The notes beneath the pieces were generated by a model. The model was not told the DNA's origin. It saw only the letters and a list, made by a program, of their open reading frames with translations, and searched no databases. A stretch of 64,000 nt of DNA, taken from the NCBI GenBank assembly GCA_038528605.1, contig JBCBEP010000001.1:25202-89201 (forward strand), given 5' to 3'. A program made the position numbers and the translations under genes. Positions 9,952 through 18,314 of this stretch are shown here, piece by piece. Each line of letters opens with the position of its first letter. Position 1 is the first letter of the stretch. Origin of the DNA: Pseudomonadota bacterium. GTDB lineage: Bacteria; Pseudomonadota; Alphaproteobacteria; Rhodobacterales; Rhodobacteraceae.

Positions 9952-10031
9952 GCACGGGCGGTAGTGCTTGCCGCTAGCCCCTTGCAATTGACCCCGCGCC
10001 CCTGAAGATGCGCTGGATCATTCTGGGGGGC

Positions 10032-10991
10032 ATGATGATACAGCGCGTGATGGTGACAGGCGGCGCCGGGTTCCTCGGCAGCCATCTCTGCGAGCGGCTT
10101 GTTGCCGCCGGCCATGAAGTTCTGTGCATCGACAATTACTTCACGGGGCGGCGGAAGAACGTCGCGCACCTGCTCGATGCGTCGAATTTCGAGCTGATGC
10201 GTCACGATGTGACCTTCCCGCTCTACGTGGAGGTCGACCGGATTTTCAACCTCGCCTGCCCGGCGAGCCCGGTTCACTACCAGTACGATCCGGTGCAGAC
10301 GACGAAGACGTCCGTGCACGGCGCGATCAACATGCTGGGCCTGGCCAAGCGCACCCGCGCCCGCATCCTGCAGGCCTCCACATCTGAGGTTTACGGCAAC
10401 CCGACGGTGCATCCCCAGCCCGAGGGTTACTGGGGCAACGTGAACCCGATCGGGCCGCGCAGCTGCTATGACGAGGGCAAGCGCTGCGCCGAGACGCTAT
10501 TCTTCGACTATCACCGCCAGCACGGGCTCGACATCAAGGTCGTGCGCATCTTCAACACTTACGGCCCCCGCATGCACCCGGATGACGGGCGCGTGGTGTC
10601 GAATTTCATCATGCAGGCGCTGCGCGGCGAGGACATCACCATCTACGGCGACGGGAGCCAGACACGGTCGTTCTGCTATGTCGACGATCTCGTCGAGGCC
10701 ATGCTCCGCATGATGGAGACCGAGGCCGGCATGACCGGACCGGTGAACATCGGTAACCCTGGCGAGTTCACCATCCGCTCGCTGGCCGAGAAGGTGATCG
10801 AGAAGACAGGCAGTGCATCCCGCCTCGTTTTCCGACCGCTGCCGCAGGATGATCCGATGCAGCGCCGCCCGGACATTTCGGTCGCGCGCGATCTGCTCGA
10901 CTGGCAGCCGACGATCGCCTTTGACGAGGGTCTGGTGCGCACGATCGCGTATTTCGACGAGCTGCTCCGTTCCAACGCGAGCTGGCACTGA
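10032..10991 (+). CDS. uxs: UDP-glucuronate decarboxylase (UDP-xylose synthase), extended SDR family
   Basis: [12 protein letters not shown] Rossmann motif, a YDEGKR catalytic Tyr-x3-Lys, and high similarity to the UXS1/ArnA-decarboxylase family. Starts at ATGATG. Confidence 0.88.
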   Translation: MMIQRVMVTGGAGFLGSHLCERLVAAGHEVLCIDNYFTGRRKNVAHLLDASNFELMRHDVTFPLYVEVDRIFNLACPASPVHYQYDPVQTTKTSVHGAINMLGLAKRTRARILQASTSEVYGNPTVHPQPEGYWGNVNPIGPRSCYDEGKRCAETLFFDYHRQHGLDIKVVRIFNTYGPRMHPDDGRVVSNFIMQALRGEDITIYGDGSQTRSFCYVDDLVEAMLRMMETEAGMTGPVNIGNPGEFTIRSLAEKVIEKTGSASRLVFRPLPQDDPMQRRPDISVARDLLDWQPTIAFDEGLVRTIAYFDELLRSNASWH

Positions 10992-11000
10992 GCGGGTAGA

Positions 11001-11022
11001 AGGGGCGGTGCTGACCGCCCCC
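11001..11022. terminator. Bidirectional GC hairpin between the convergent uxs and phaB genes
   Basis: GGGGCGGT-GCTG-ACCGCCCC, an 8-bp stem, with no strong T-tract. Confidence 0.45.
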
Positions 11023-11043
11023 TCCTAGCGCCTTTCGCTACGA

Positions 11044-11766
11044 TCAGCTGAAGAACTGGCCGCCGTTTGCGCTGATGGTAGACCCCGTGATGAAGCCCGC
11101 ATCGTCCGAGGCGAGGAAGGCCACGCAGCGCGCGATTTCGTCCGCCTCGCCGAGCCGGCCCACCGGGATCTGGGCGATGATGCTCTCGCGCACCTTCTCT
11201 GGCACCGCCATGACCATGTCCGTCGCAATGTAGCCCGGGGCCACCACGTTCACGGTGATGTTCTTGCGTGCGCCTTCCTGCGCCAGCGCGCGGGAGAAGC
11301 CGATATCGCCCGCCTTCGCGGCGGAGTAGTTCGCCTGCGCGAACTGGCCCTTCTGGCCGTTGACCGACGAGATGGTGACGATGCGGCCGAACTCCCGCTC
11401 ACGCATGCCGCCCCACACATTGTGCGTCATGTTGAAGACGCCGGTGAGGTTGGTGTCGATCACCTCGTTCCACTGCTCGGGCGTGATCTTGTGGAAGGGC
11501 GCGTCGCGGGTGATGCCGGCGTTGTTGATGAGGATGCCGACCGGGCCGAGATCGGCCTCTACCTCGGCGATGCCCGCCTTGCAGGCTTCATAGTCTGCCA
11601 CCGACCACTTGTAGGTCTTGATGCCGGTCTCGGCCGTGAACTTGCCGGCCGCTTCATCATTGCCGCCATAGGTCGCCGCCACGTCGTGGCCTGCGGCTTT
11701 CAGCGCCTTCGAAATGGCCGCGCCAATGCCGCGCGATCCGCCGGTGACGATAGCTACTCGTCCCAT
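11044..11766 (-). CDS. phaB: Acetoacetyl-CoA reductase (NADPH), SDR family
   Basis: VAIVTGGSRGIG cofactor motif, NAG and YSAAK catalytic motifs. The MGRVAIV start has a GAGGAGGA Shine-Dalgarno. Downstream of phaA on the same strand. Confidence 0.92.
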   Translation of the reverse strand: MGRVAIVTGGSRGIGAAISKALKAAGHDVAATYGGNDEAAGKFTAETGIKTYKWSVADYEACKAGIAEVEADLGPVGILINNAGITRDAPFHKITPEQWNEVIDTNLTGVFNMTHNVWGGMREREFGRIVTISSVNGQKGQFAQANYSAAKAGDIGFSRALAQEGARKNITVNVVAPGYIATDMVMAVPEKVRESIIAQIPVGRLGEADEIARCVAFLASDDAGFITGSTISANGGQFFS

Positions 11767-11799
11767 CGTTTCCTCCTCCATCGTGTTCTTCGGGTTTGG

Positions 11800-11861
11800 G
11801 GTAGGGTGGGGTTCCACCCCACCATTGGTAGGGGAGCGGTGGGGTGGAACCCCACCCTACC
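11800..11861. repeat. Perfect 24-bp inverted repeat (GGTAGGGTGGGGTTCCACCCCACC / GGTGGGGTGGAACCCCACCCTACC) with a 14-nt spacer, in the phaA-phaB intergenic region
   Basis: Arms at 11800-11823 and 11838-11861, read directly from the sequence. Confidence 0.85.
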
Positions 11862-11883
11862 GATATCCTCCGGACGCGGCGCC

Positions 11884-13059
11884 TTACGGGCGCTCGACGC
11901 ACATGGCAACGCCCATGCCGCCGCCGATGCAGAGGGTGGCGAGGCCCTTCTTGGCATCGCGCTTCTGCATCTCGTGGAGGAGCGTCGTGAGCACGCGGCA
12001 ACCCGAGGCGCCGATCGGGTGGCCGATGGCGATGGCGCCGCCGTTCACGTTCACCTTGTCCGTGTCCCAGCCCATATCCTTGTTCACCGCGATGGCCTGG
12101 GCAGCGAAGGCCTCGTTCGCCTCCACCAGGTCAAGATCCTCGGGCTTCCAGCCGGCGCGCTCGAGGGCGCGGCGCGAGGCGGGGATGGGGCCCGTGCCCA
12201 TGATCTTCGGATCGACACCGGCGGTCGCGTAGCTGACGATGCGGGCGAGCGGGGTGATGCCGCGCTTCTCGGCTTCCTCGGCGCTCATCAGCACGGTCAC
12301 GGCCGCGCCGTCGTTGATGCCCGAGGCGTTCGCGGCGGTAACGGTGCCCTCCTTCGAGAAGGCGGGGCGGAGCTTCTGCATGCCCTCGATCGTGGCGCCG
12401 TGGCGGATGTACTCGTCATCTGCCGTGGTGATGTCGCCCTTGCGGGTGCTCACGGTCACCGGCGCGATCTCGTCCTTGAACTTGCCGGCCTTCTGGGCGG
12501 CCTCGGCCTTGTTCTGGCTGGCGAGCGCGAACTCGTCCTGCATGTCCCGGCTGATCTGCCACTGGCTGGCGACATTCTCCGCGGTGGTGCCCATGTGGTA
12601 GCCGTTGAACGCGTCCCAAAGGCCGTCGCGGATCATGGTGTCGATGAAGCTCAGGTCGCCCATCTTCTGTCCCGCGCGCAGATGCGCGGCGTGGGTCGAG
12701 CGGCTCATGCTCTCCATGCCGCCGGCGACGACAATGCCGGCATCGCCGAGCTGGATGTGCTGGGCGCCGAGTGCGACCGCGCGCAGGCCCGAGCCGCAGA
12801 CCTGGTTGATGCTCCACGCGGCCGAGCCCTCCGGCAGGCCGGCATGGATATGCGCCTGTCGGGCCGGGTTCTGGCCCTGGGCCGCCGTGAGCACCTGGCC
12901 GAGGATCGTCTCGCCCACTTCCGATGCGTCGACGCCTGCGCGCTCGAGGGCGGCCTTGATGGCGACGACGCCGAGTTCATGGGCCGCGAGGCCGGCAAAG
13001 GCGCCATTGAAGCTGCCGACAGGCGTACGCTGGGCGCTTGCGATCACTACGTTTGTCAT
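11884..13059 (-). CDS. phaA: Acetyl-CoA C-acetyltransferase (beta-ketothiolase)
   Basis: Thiolase active-site motifs ([27 protein letters not shown]). GAGGA Shine-Dalgarno. Confidence 0.95.
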   Translation of the reverse strand: MTNVVIASAQRTPVGSFNGAFAGLAAHELGVVAIKAALERAGVDASEVGETILGQVLTAAQGQNPARQAHIHAGLPEGSAAWSINQVCGSGLRAVALGAQHIQLGDAGIVVAGGMESMSRSTHAAHLRAGQKMGDLSFIDTMIRDGLWDAFNGYHMGTTAENVASQWQISRDMQDEFALASQNKAEAAQKAGKFKDEIAPVTVSTRKGDITTADDEYIRHGATIEGMQKLRPAFSKEGTVTAANASGINDGAAVTVLMSAEEAEKRGITPLARIVSYATAGVDPKIMGTGPIPASRRALERAGWKPEDLDLVEANEAFAAQAIAVNKDMGWDTDKVNVNGGAIAIGHPIGASGCRVLTTLLHEMQKRDAKKGLATLCIGGGMGVAMCVERP

Positions 13060-13350
13060 GAGGTCCTCGTTTCTTTGCAGTGGCGCGGGGCGCCGGCGGT
13101 GAGGGTGGGCCTACGGATGGCATGGACCGCGCAGGCGGGGAAGGCAATGCGCTCCGTGTCTGGAGCCCCGACCGGGCGCCTGCCTTGCGGCATATCAAGA
13201 ATCTTGCTTTGCAACCTACAAGCTGTGCGCGGAACTTCCAGAGGGCCGCTGCGTCGCATTTGTGTCGGTCGCGTGACGTATTCTCGATGCTCGCGGTCAC
13301 TTTTGGCGCTGAGTTGCGACTGACGGCGCGGCGCTGTTGCTCTGACGCAG

Positions 13351-13364
13351 TGCAAGGTGCAAGG
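13351..13364 (+). promoter_or_regulatory. Direct repeat TGCAAGG-TGCAAGG about 40 nt upstream of phaR. Candidate PhaR/autoregulatory operator half-sites.
   Basis: Seen in the sequence. TGC-rich motifs resemble reported PhaR operators. Confidence 0.25.
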
Positions 13365-13400
13365 ATTTGGAAAACGCTTTCAGAATAAAGGGGAACCGCC

Positions 13401-14051
13401 GTGGCCCAGGCTCAGAAGACGGCCCGAAAGAAGACCGCCGCTGGGTCGGCCGGTAGCGATCGGGTTGTGATCAAGAAGTACGCCAACCGGCGGCTCTACA
13501 ACACGGCGCGTAGTTCGTACGTGACGCTCGAGGACCTCTCCAAGATGGTTCGCGATGGTGAGGACTTCGCTGTATTCGATGCGAAGACCGGGGACGACAT
13601 CACGCATTCTGTGCTCACGCAGATCATCTTCGAAGAGGAAGCGAAGGGGCAGAACATGCTGCCCACGAACTTCCTCCGTCAGTTGATCCGGCTTTATGGC
13701 GATACGCTACAGGCGGTGGTGCCGAGCTATCTCGACGCGTCGATGGAGGCATTCTCCCGGAACCAGGAGCGGATGCGTTCGGCCTTTGGTGCCAATCCCG
13801 CGCTGCAGAACCTCGAGGCGATGACCCGCTCGAACATGGAGCTCTTCGAGCAGGCCATGCGGCTTTTCACGCCCTTCGGTGGGCCGGCTGCGGGTGGTCC
13901 GGGCGGCGCTGCCTCGGGCGCGCCGGGCGAGAGCCAGGCGACGCCACCCAGTGCCGATCCTGCGGAGCCTGAACAGAACCTCGATGAGCTGCAGCGCCAG
14001 ATCAGCGAGATGCAGAGCCGGATCGAAGCGCTCTCCCGCGAACGGTCCTGA
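13401..14051 (+). CDS. phaR: Polyhydroxyalkanoate synthesis repressor PhaR
   Basis: N-terminal IKKYANRRLYNT...YVTLEDL PHB/PHA accumulation regulator DNA-binding domain. GTG start with an AAAGGGGA Shine-Dalgarno. Divergent from phaAB. Confidence 0.9.
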   Translation: MAQAQKTARKKTAAGSAGSDRVVIKKYANRRLYNTARSSYVTLEDLSKMVRDGEDFAVFDAKTGDDITHSVLTQIIFEEEAKGQNMLPTNFLRQLIRLYGDTLQAVVPSYLDASMEAFSRNQERMRSAFGANPALQNLEAMTRSNMELFEQAMRLFTPFGGPAAGGPGGAASGAPGESQATPPSADPAEPEQNLDELQRQISEMQSRIEALSRERS

Positions 14052-15396
14052 ACGCCGGCGCCGCCGTCTCCGGCAGGGCCGGGGCGGGTGGTGCGAGGCC
14101 ATTGCCCTGGCCGTAGGCGATGCCTGTCGCATGCGCATCGCGCTGTTCGGCCGAGGTCTCAAGCCCTGTCGCGATCACCGTGATGTCCCACCGGGCTGCG
14201 AGGGTGAGGAGCGGCTTCAGCAGCATGGCCGCCGTGCCGCCGCGATGCGCGGCCTTGATGAAGTCGGGTCGCAGGCTTTCGAGGAGCCGCTGGTCGAGCG
14301 CGCCCGGGAGGAACCCTTCGATCGCGAGCGCTGTGCCGCAGCGTCGCACCCTCTCCGCGAAACCGCCGGTGGCGACCGGGTCTTCGGCGAGGGTCGTGGC
14401 GCCGATCTCGATGACCAGACGTTCCGTTGGCGGCGTCCCCTCGCGCCCCGCGGCGGCGAGAGTGCTGTGCCAATCCGCGTCGTTCAATGTCTCCGCCGCA
14501 ATGTTGATGCCGAGGCGGAGGGTTGGGCGGGTGCGCAGCAGTTCGAGCGCCCGCTCTAGCACGTAACGGTCCACCGCCCGGGCCTCCCCCGCCGCTTGCA
14601 GTCCGGGCAGGAATGCTGCGGCCGGCAGCGCAGGTGCGCCGGGTGCCATGGGCAGGCGGATCAGACACTCCGTGTAAAGAGGCGGCCGCGCCACCGGCGC
14701 CGTGGCAGGGCCGACTGCAGGCGCGCCGGAGAGCGGTAGGATCGGCTGAAAATCGAGCGCCAGCGCGCCAATGGCCAGCAGGCGCTGGGCTGCGCGCAGC
14801 AGCCCCTCCTGCTCGTCCGGAGCGGCGTTCACCAACTCTGCCCGGCCGCGGCCGCGCCGCCGGGCCGACGCCAGCGCCCGCGTGGCGCTCGCGCCCAGAT
14901 GACGCAGCATCGTTGGTGTCGCGAGGGCGCAGCCGGCGGAGGCCGTGAGCTCCACCCTGCCGCTCGGCGCAAGGAGCGGTTTCTGGGCGAGGCGCGCCTG
15001 AAGCTGTCGGGCGAGGGACAGGAGCGTGGCGGGCGCGATGCTGGGCAGGATGATCGCGAATTCGCCCCTACCCGCGGGCCAACTGCCGGCGCCTTCCGGC
15101 AGCGCAGGCCAGAGCCGCTCCTCCGCCGCATAGGCGAGGGCCACGGCCACATCCTCCCCGAAGAAGCCGCCGATGGCCGCGAAGTCGTCGATAGCGAGGA
15201 GGATGAGCCCATGGCCCGATGGTGCTAGCGCCTCTGCGGTCTCCCTTGACCCTTCGGCCCGAAGTGCCCCTGAGGGAGGCGCCATGCCATGCGGCTCGCG
15301 ACCCGTCACCGGGTTTCCCGGAAGACCTGGTGCTGGCACAAAGGGTGTTGCCGCACGCTCCTCGCATCCACTGCCGGGCCTAGGTTCCGCGGTCAT
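14002..15396 (-). CDS. Degenerate GGDEF-EAL domain protein, likely enzymatically inactive as a c-di-GMP receptor/sensor
   Basis: GGDEF-like core (LILLAIDDF...RGEFAIILP...LTASAGCA...ALASARRRGRGRA). EAL-like domain with YTECLIRL, DFQPIL and the C-terminal VIATGLETSAEQRDAHATGIAYGQGNGLAPP, but the catalytic EAL / DDFGTG motifs are mutated. Start uncertain (alternatives 15285 and 15486). The 3' end overlaps phaR by 50 nt. Confidence 0.5.
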   Translation of the reverse strand: MTAEPRPGSGCEERAATPFVPAPGLPGNPVTGREPHGMAPPSGALRAEGSRETAEALAPSGHGLILLAIDDFAAIGGFFGEDVAVALAYAAEERLWPALPEGAGSWPAGRGEFAIILPSIAPATLLSLARQLQARLAQKPLLAPSGRVELTASAGCALATPTMLRHLGASATRALASARRRGRGRAELVNAAPDEQEGLLRAAQRLLAIGALALDFQPILPLSGAPAVGPATAPVARPPLYTECLIRLPMAPGAPALPAAAFLPGLQAAGEARAVDRYVLERALELLRTRPTLRLGINIAAETLNDADWHSTLAAAGREGTPPTERLVIEIGATTLAEDPVATGGFAERVRRCGTALAIEGFLPGALDQRLLESLRPDFIKAAHRGGTAAMLLKPLLTLAARWDITVIATGLETSAEQRDAHATGIAYGQGNGLAPPAPALPETAAPAFRTVRGRALRSGSASR

Positions 15397-15503
15397 CCCG
15401 TTCCCTTTCCCGCCTTCCTGCCGCAAGGTTTTGCGCGCAGCGGAGGCATGCGGTATCCGTTCTTGAACGTTGAGCAGTCGTCGCAAATTGAAGTGAACAG
15501 ACG

Positions 15504-16139
15504 ATGAACAAAACGGTTGCTGACGGCGACGGCAGTGGGCAGATCGCAGGTGCCGAGAGGCGCTGCCGCTGGTGTGGCGATGCCCCGGACTACGTTGCCT
15601 ATCACGACCTCGAATGGGGCCGGCCGGAGACCGATCCGCGGGCGCTTTGGGAGAAGCTGATCCTCGACGGTTTCCAGGCGGGGCTGGCCTGGATCACCAT
15701 CCTCAGGAAGCGGGAGAATTTCCGCCGCGCCTTCGAGGGGTTCGACCCGGAGGTGATCGCGCGCTGGGGCGAGGCGGATGTGGCGCGCTTGCTCGGCGAT
15801 GCCGGGATCGTCCGCAGCCGCTCGAAGATCGAGGCCACCATCGGGAACGCCCGCGCCTACCTCGCCATTCAGGAGGACGAGGGCTTCGACCGGTTCCTGT
15901 GGCAGTTCGTGGATTTCGCGCCGCTGCAGAACCGGCCGGCGGACGACAGCGCTGTGCCAGCTGAGACGCCCATCAGCCGCGAGATGTCCAAGGCATTGAA
16001 AGCCAGGGGTTTCCGGTTCTGCGGGCCGGTGATCGTCTATGCCTTCATGCAGGCGACGGGGATCGTGAACGACCATATCGAGGGATGCCCGGTGCGGGAG
16101 GCCTGCGAGGCCGAGGGGCGGGCGCTGGTTTGGCGCTGA
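15504..16139 (+). CDS. tag: DNA-3-methyladenine glycosylase I
   Basis: Conserved C4 zinc motif (CRWCG...H...C) and LILDGFQAGLAWITIL. Confidence 0.9.
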   Translation: MNKTVADGDGSGQIAGAERRCRWCGDAPDYVAYHDLEWGRPETDPRALWEKLILDGFQAGLAWITILRKRENFRRAFEGFDPEVIARWGEADVARLLGDAGIVRSRSKIEATIGNARAYLAIQEDEGFDRFLWQFVDFAPLQNRPADDSAVPAETPISREMSKALKARGFRFCGPVIVYAFMQATGIVNDHIEGCPVREACEAEGRALVWR

Positions 16140-16142
16140 GGC

Positions 16143-16412
16143 CTAGCGATCCTCGCCAAAGCGGTTCGCGATCAGCGTGGCGAGGGCCTCGAGCAGCGTC
16201 TCCGCCTCTGCCCCATGGGTCTCGATCGCAATCTCGGTGCCTTTTGCGGCGGCGAGCATGAGGAGCCCCATGATACTGTCGCCCGAGACCGTCTGGCCGT
16301 CGCGGCTGACCCGGGCGGTGGCGTCATGGGCCTCGACGCATTCGACGAAGCGGGCGGAGGCGCGGGCGTGCAGGCCCTTGGCGTTGACGATGCTGACCGT
16401 GCGGGCGGGCAT
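16143..16412 (-). CDS. npr: Phosphocarrier protein HPr / NPr
   Basis: 89 aa with the GLHARAS active-site His region and an SIMGLLMLAA serine region. Confidence 0.9.
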   Translation of the reverse strand: MPARTVSIVNAKGLHARASARFVECVEAHDATARVSRDGQTVSGDSIMGLLMLAAAKGTEIAIETHGAEAETLLEALATLIANRFGEDR

Positions 16413-16415
16413 CGG

Positions 16416-16886
16416 TTAGTCGCGTGGCGCCGGCTCGAGCATGCGCCCGGCACTGTCGATGTATTTCATGCCTGCCTCGAGGGCGATGCGAACGGCTTCT
16501 TCCATTCCCCGGCTGCGGCACTTCGCGAGCTTCACGAGAAGGGGGAGGTTGGCGCCGTAGATCACCTCGATCCCCGGCCGCGTCATGGCGCCGAGGGCGA
16601 GGTTGGAGGGCGTGCCACCGAACATGTCCGTCACCAGCACCACGCCTGCGCCTTCGTCTGCCGCGGCGACGGCGGCGTCGATCTCGCCCTGGCGGGCGTG
16701 CAGATCGTCTGCCGGCTGAATGGCGATGGCGCTCGCGTTCTCGAGCTTTCCGACAACATGCTCCAGCGCTTCCATCAAGGCGGACGCGAGCGCGCCGTGG
16801 GCGACGATCACGATGCCGAGGCGGCCCGCTGGGGCGCCATCCGCGCTTTCGGGCGCCGCACCTGTCTGCAGTGTCTGCCGCGTCAT
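16416..16886 (-). CDS. manX: PTS EIIA, mannose-type (EIIA-Man)
   Basis: GIVIVAHG active-site His motif. Located between rapZ and npr. Confidence 0.85.
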   Translation of the reverse strand: MTRQTLQTGAAPESADGAPAGRLGIVIVAHGALASALMEALEHVVGKLENASAIAIQPADDLHARQGEIDAAVAAADEGAGVVLVTDMFGGTPSNLALGAMTRPGIEVIYGANLPLLVKLAKCRSRGMEEAVRIALEAGMKYIDSAGRMLEPAPRD

Positions 16887-17842
16887 CGTCCCCCGCTTCC
16901 TTCCCTGTCGCTACCCGGCTGGCTCCCTTGCCGGTCGAGCTCCCGGTGCCGCAGCCCGGCCGGCCAGCCTGCCTCTCCGAGACGGCGTGCCAGCCTTTCA
17001 GCCACGGTGACCGACCGGTGGCGCCCGCCCGTACAGCCGAGTGCCACAGAGAAATAGACCTTTCCCTCGTCTGCATAGGCCGGCAACAGCATTTCGAGCA
17101 GGTCTGCGACGCGATCGAAGAAGGGGTCGAAGCGTGGATCGTCGGCGACATAGGCCTGAACGGCAGGGTCGCGTCCGTCCAGATGGCGGAGCGTGTCGTC
17201 CCAGTAAGGGTTTCGCAGGAACCGGCAGTCGAGCACCACATCGGCGCCCCCGGGCACGCCGCGCTTGTAGCTGAAGCTCGAGATCGTGATGGCCGGGCCG
17301 CGCGCGGCGGCGCCTGTGCGACCGGGCAGACCGGGGGCGCTGGCACCGAAGCGGGCTGCGATTTCGGCCTTTAGCTCGTGCGGGGTGAGGCTGGCGGTCT
17401 CGATCAGCATGTCCGCCTCCGCCCGGATCTCGGCCAGGAGATCGCGCTCGCGGGCGATACCGGTCTCGACGTCTTCCGCCGGGGCCAGGGGATGGCGGCG
17501 GCGGGTCTCCGAGAAGCGGCGGGCGAGGACCGCGTCGGAGCAGTCGAGATAGAGGAGGATGGCGGCCCCCACGCCGGGGGCGGCGCGCAGACGCGACAGG
17601 ACCTCGCGGAGCCCGGCGGCGGAGAAGCCGCGTGTCCGCGTTTCGAGCCCGAGGGCGAGGGGGCGGCGTCCGGCATGGGCGGGCGCGCCTTCGTCGAGCA
17701 GCGCACTGATGAGGGGCAGGGGGAAGTTGTTGATCGCCTCGAAGCCCAGATCCTCGAGCGCGTTGATGGCGGTGGTGCGGCCTGCGCCGGAAAGGCCGGT
17801 GACGAGGATGACCGCGGGTGCCCGGCTCTCCGCCTCAGCCAT
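16883..17842 (-). CDS. rapZ: RNase adapter protein RapZ (YhbJ P-loop NTPase)
   Basis: TGLSGAGRTTA Walker A and a C-terminal GCTGGRHRSV motif. The MAEAESR start overlaps the hprK stop by 8 nt. Confidence 0.85.
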   Translation of the reverse strand: MAEAESRAPAVILVTGLSGAGRTTAINALEDLGFEAINNFPLPLISALLDEGAPAHAGRRPLALGLETRTRGFSAAGLREVLSRLRAAPGVGAAILLYLDCSDAVLARRFSETRRRHPLAPAEDVETGIARERDLLAEIRAEADMLIETASLTPHELKAEIAARFGASAPGLPGRTGAAARGPAITISSFSYKRGVPGGADVVLDCRFLRNPYWDDTLRHLDGRDPAVQAYVADDPRFDPFFDRVADLLEMLLPAYADEGKVYFSVALGCTGGRHRSVTVAERLARRLGEAGWPAGLRHRELDRQGSQPGSDREGSGGR

Positions 17843-18314
17843 GGCGCCGGTCGATATTGGCTGGCGCTGTCGCAAGATCCGCGTCCGGCAGCGCCCCCGT
17901 TCGCAGCATCGCCATCACAGCCGCCGCGTGCAAAGGCGCCGCCCCGGCGAGGCAGGGCACCTCGATACCCTCGAGGCGTAGAGGGGCGAGGCCCCCCATA
18001 CGCTCAACCGGCGCCCGGCCAAGATCCAGAGCAAGCCAGAGCGGGGCTTCCGCCCGATGGGGATGGCGCAGAATACCTGCGCCGCGGATCTCTACGAGGC
18101 CGGCGAGCGCGGGGGCGGGACGCATCGAAAGTCCGGCGCCGCACGGCGATAGGATCACCCGGTCATCGCCAACAAGTTCTGCGCCCAGGGCGATGAGTTC
18201 GAGGGCTAGGCGTGTCTTGCCGGCGCCCGATGGTCCTAGGATCAGAAGGCCGCGGTCACCGAACGCCACGGCGCTGGCATGCAGCGGGACCGGCGCCGCA
18301 GCGTATGCGATCAT
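17835..18314 (-). CDS. hprK: HPr kinase/phosphorylase, short alphaproteobacterial form (C-terminal kinase domain only)
   Basis: 159 aa with a GPSGAGKT P-loop. Overlaps the chvG stop (ATGA). Confidence 0.85.
   Translation of the reverse strand: MIAYAAAPVPLHASAVAFGDRGLLILGPSGAGKTRLALELIALGAELVGDDRVILSPCGAGLSMRPAPALAGLVEIRGAGILRHPHRAEAPLWLALDLGRAPVERMGGLAPLRLEGIEVPCLAGAAPLHAAAVMAMLRTGALPDADLATAPANIDRRHG

Noticed and set aside
11422-13323. 633-aa plus-strand ORF
   Set aside because: Antisense to phaA and phaB, which have unambiguous thiolase and SDR motifs. Low-complexity G/A/R/D-rich product.
13060-13400. CTGC-N3-GCAG-type PhaR operator in the phaA-phaR intergenic region
   Set aside because: Only partial matches (CTGCGTCGCAT, CTGACGCAG). 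They cannot be distinguished from background by eye, so only the TGCAAGG direct repeat is reported, and at low confidence.
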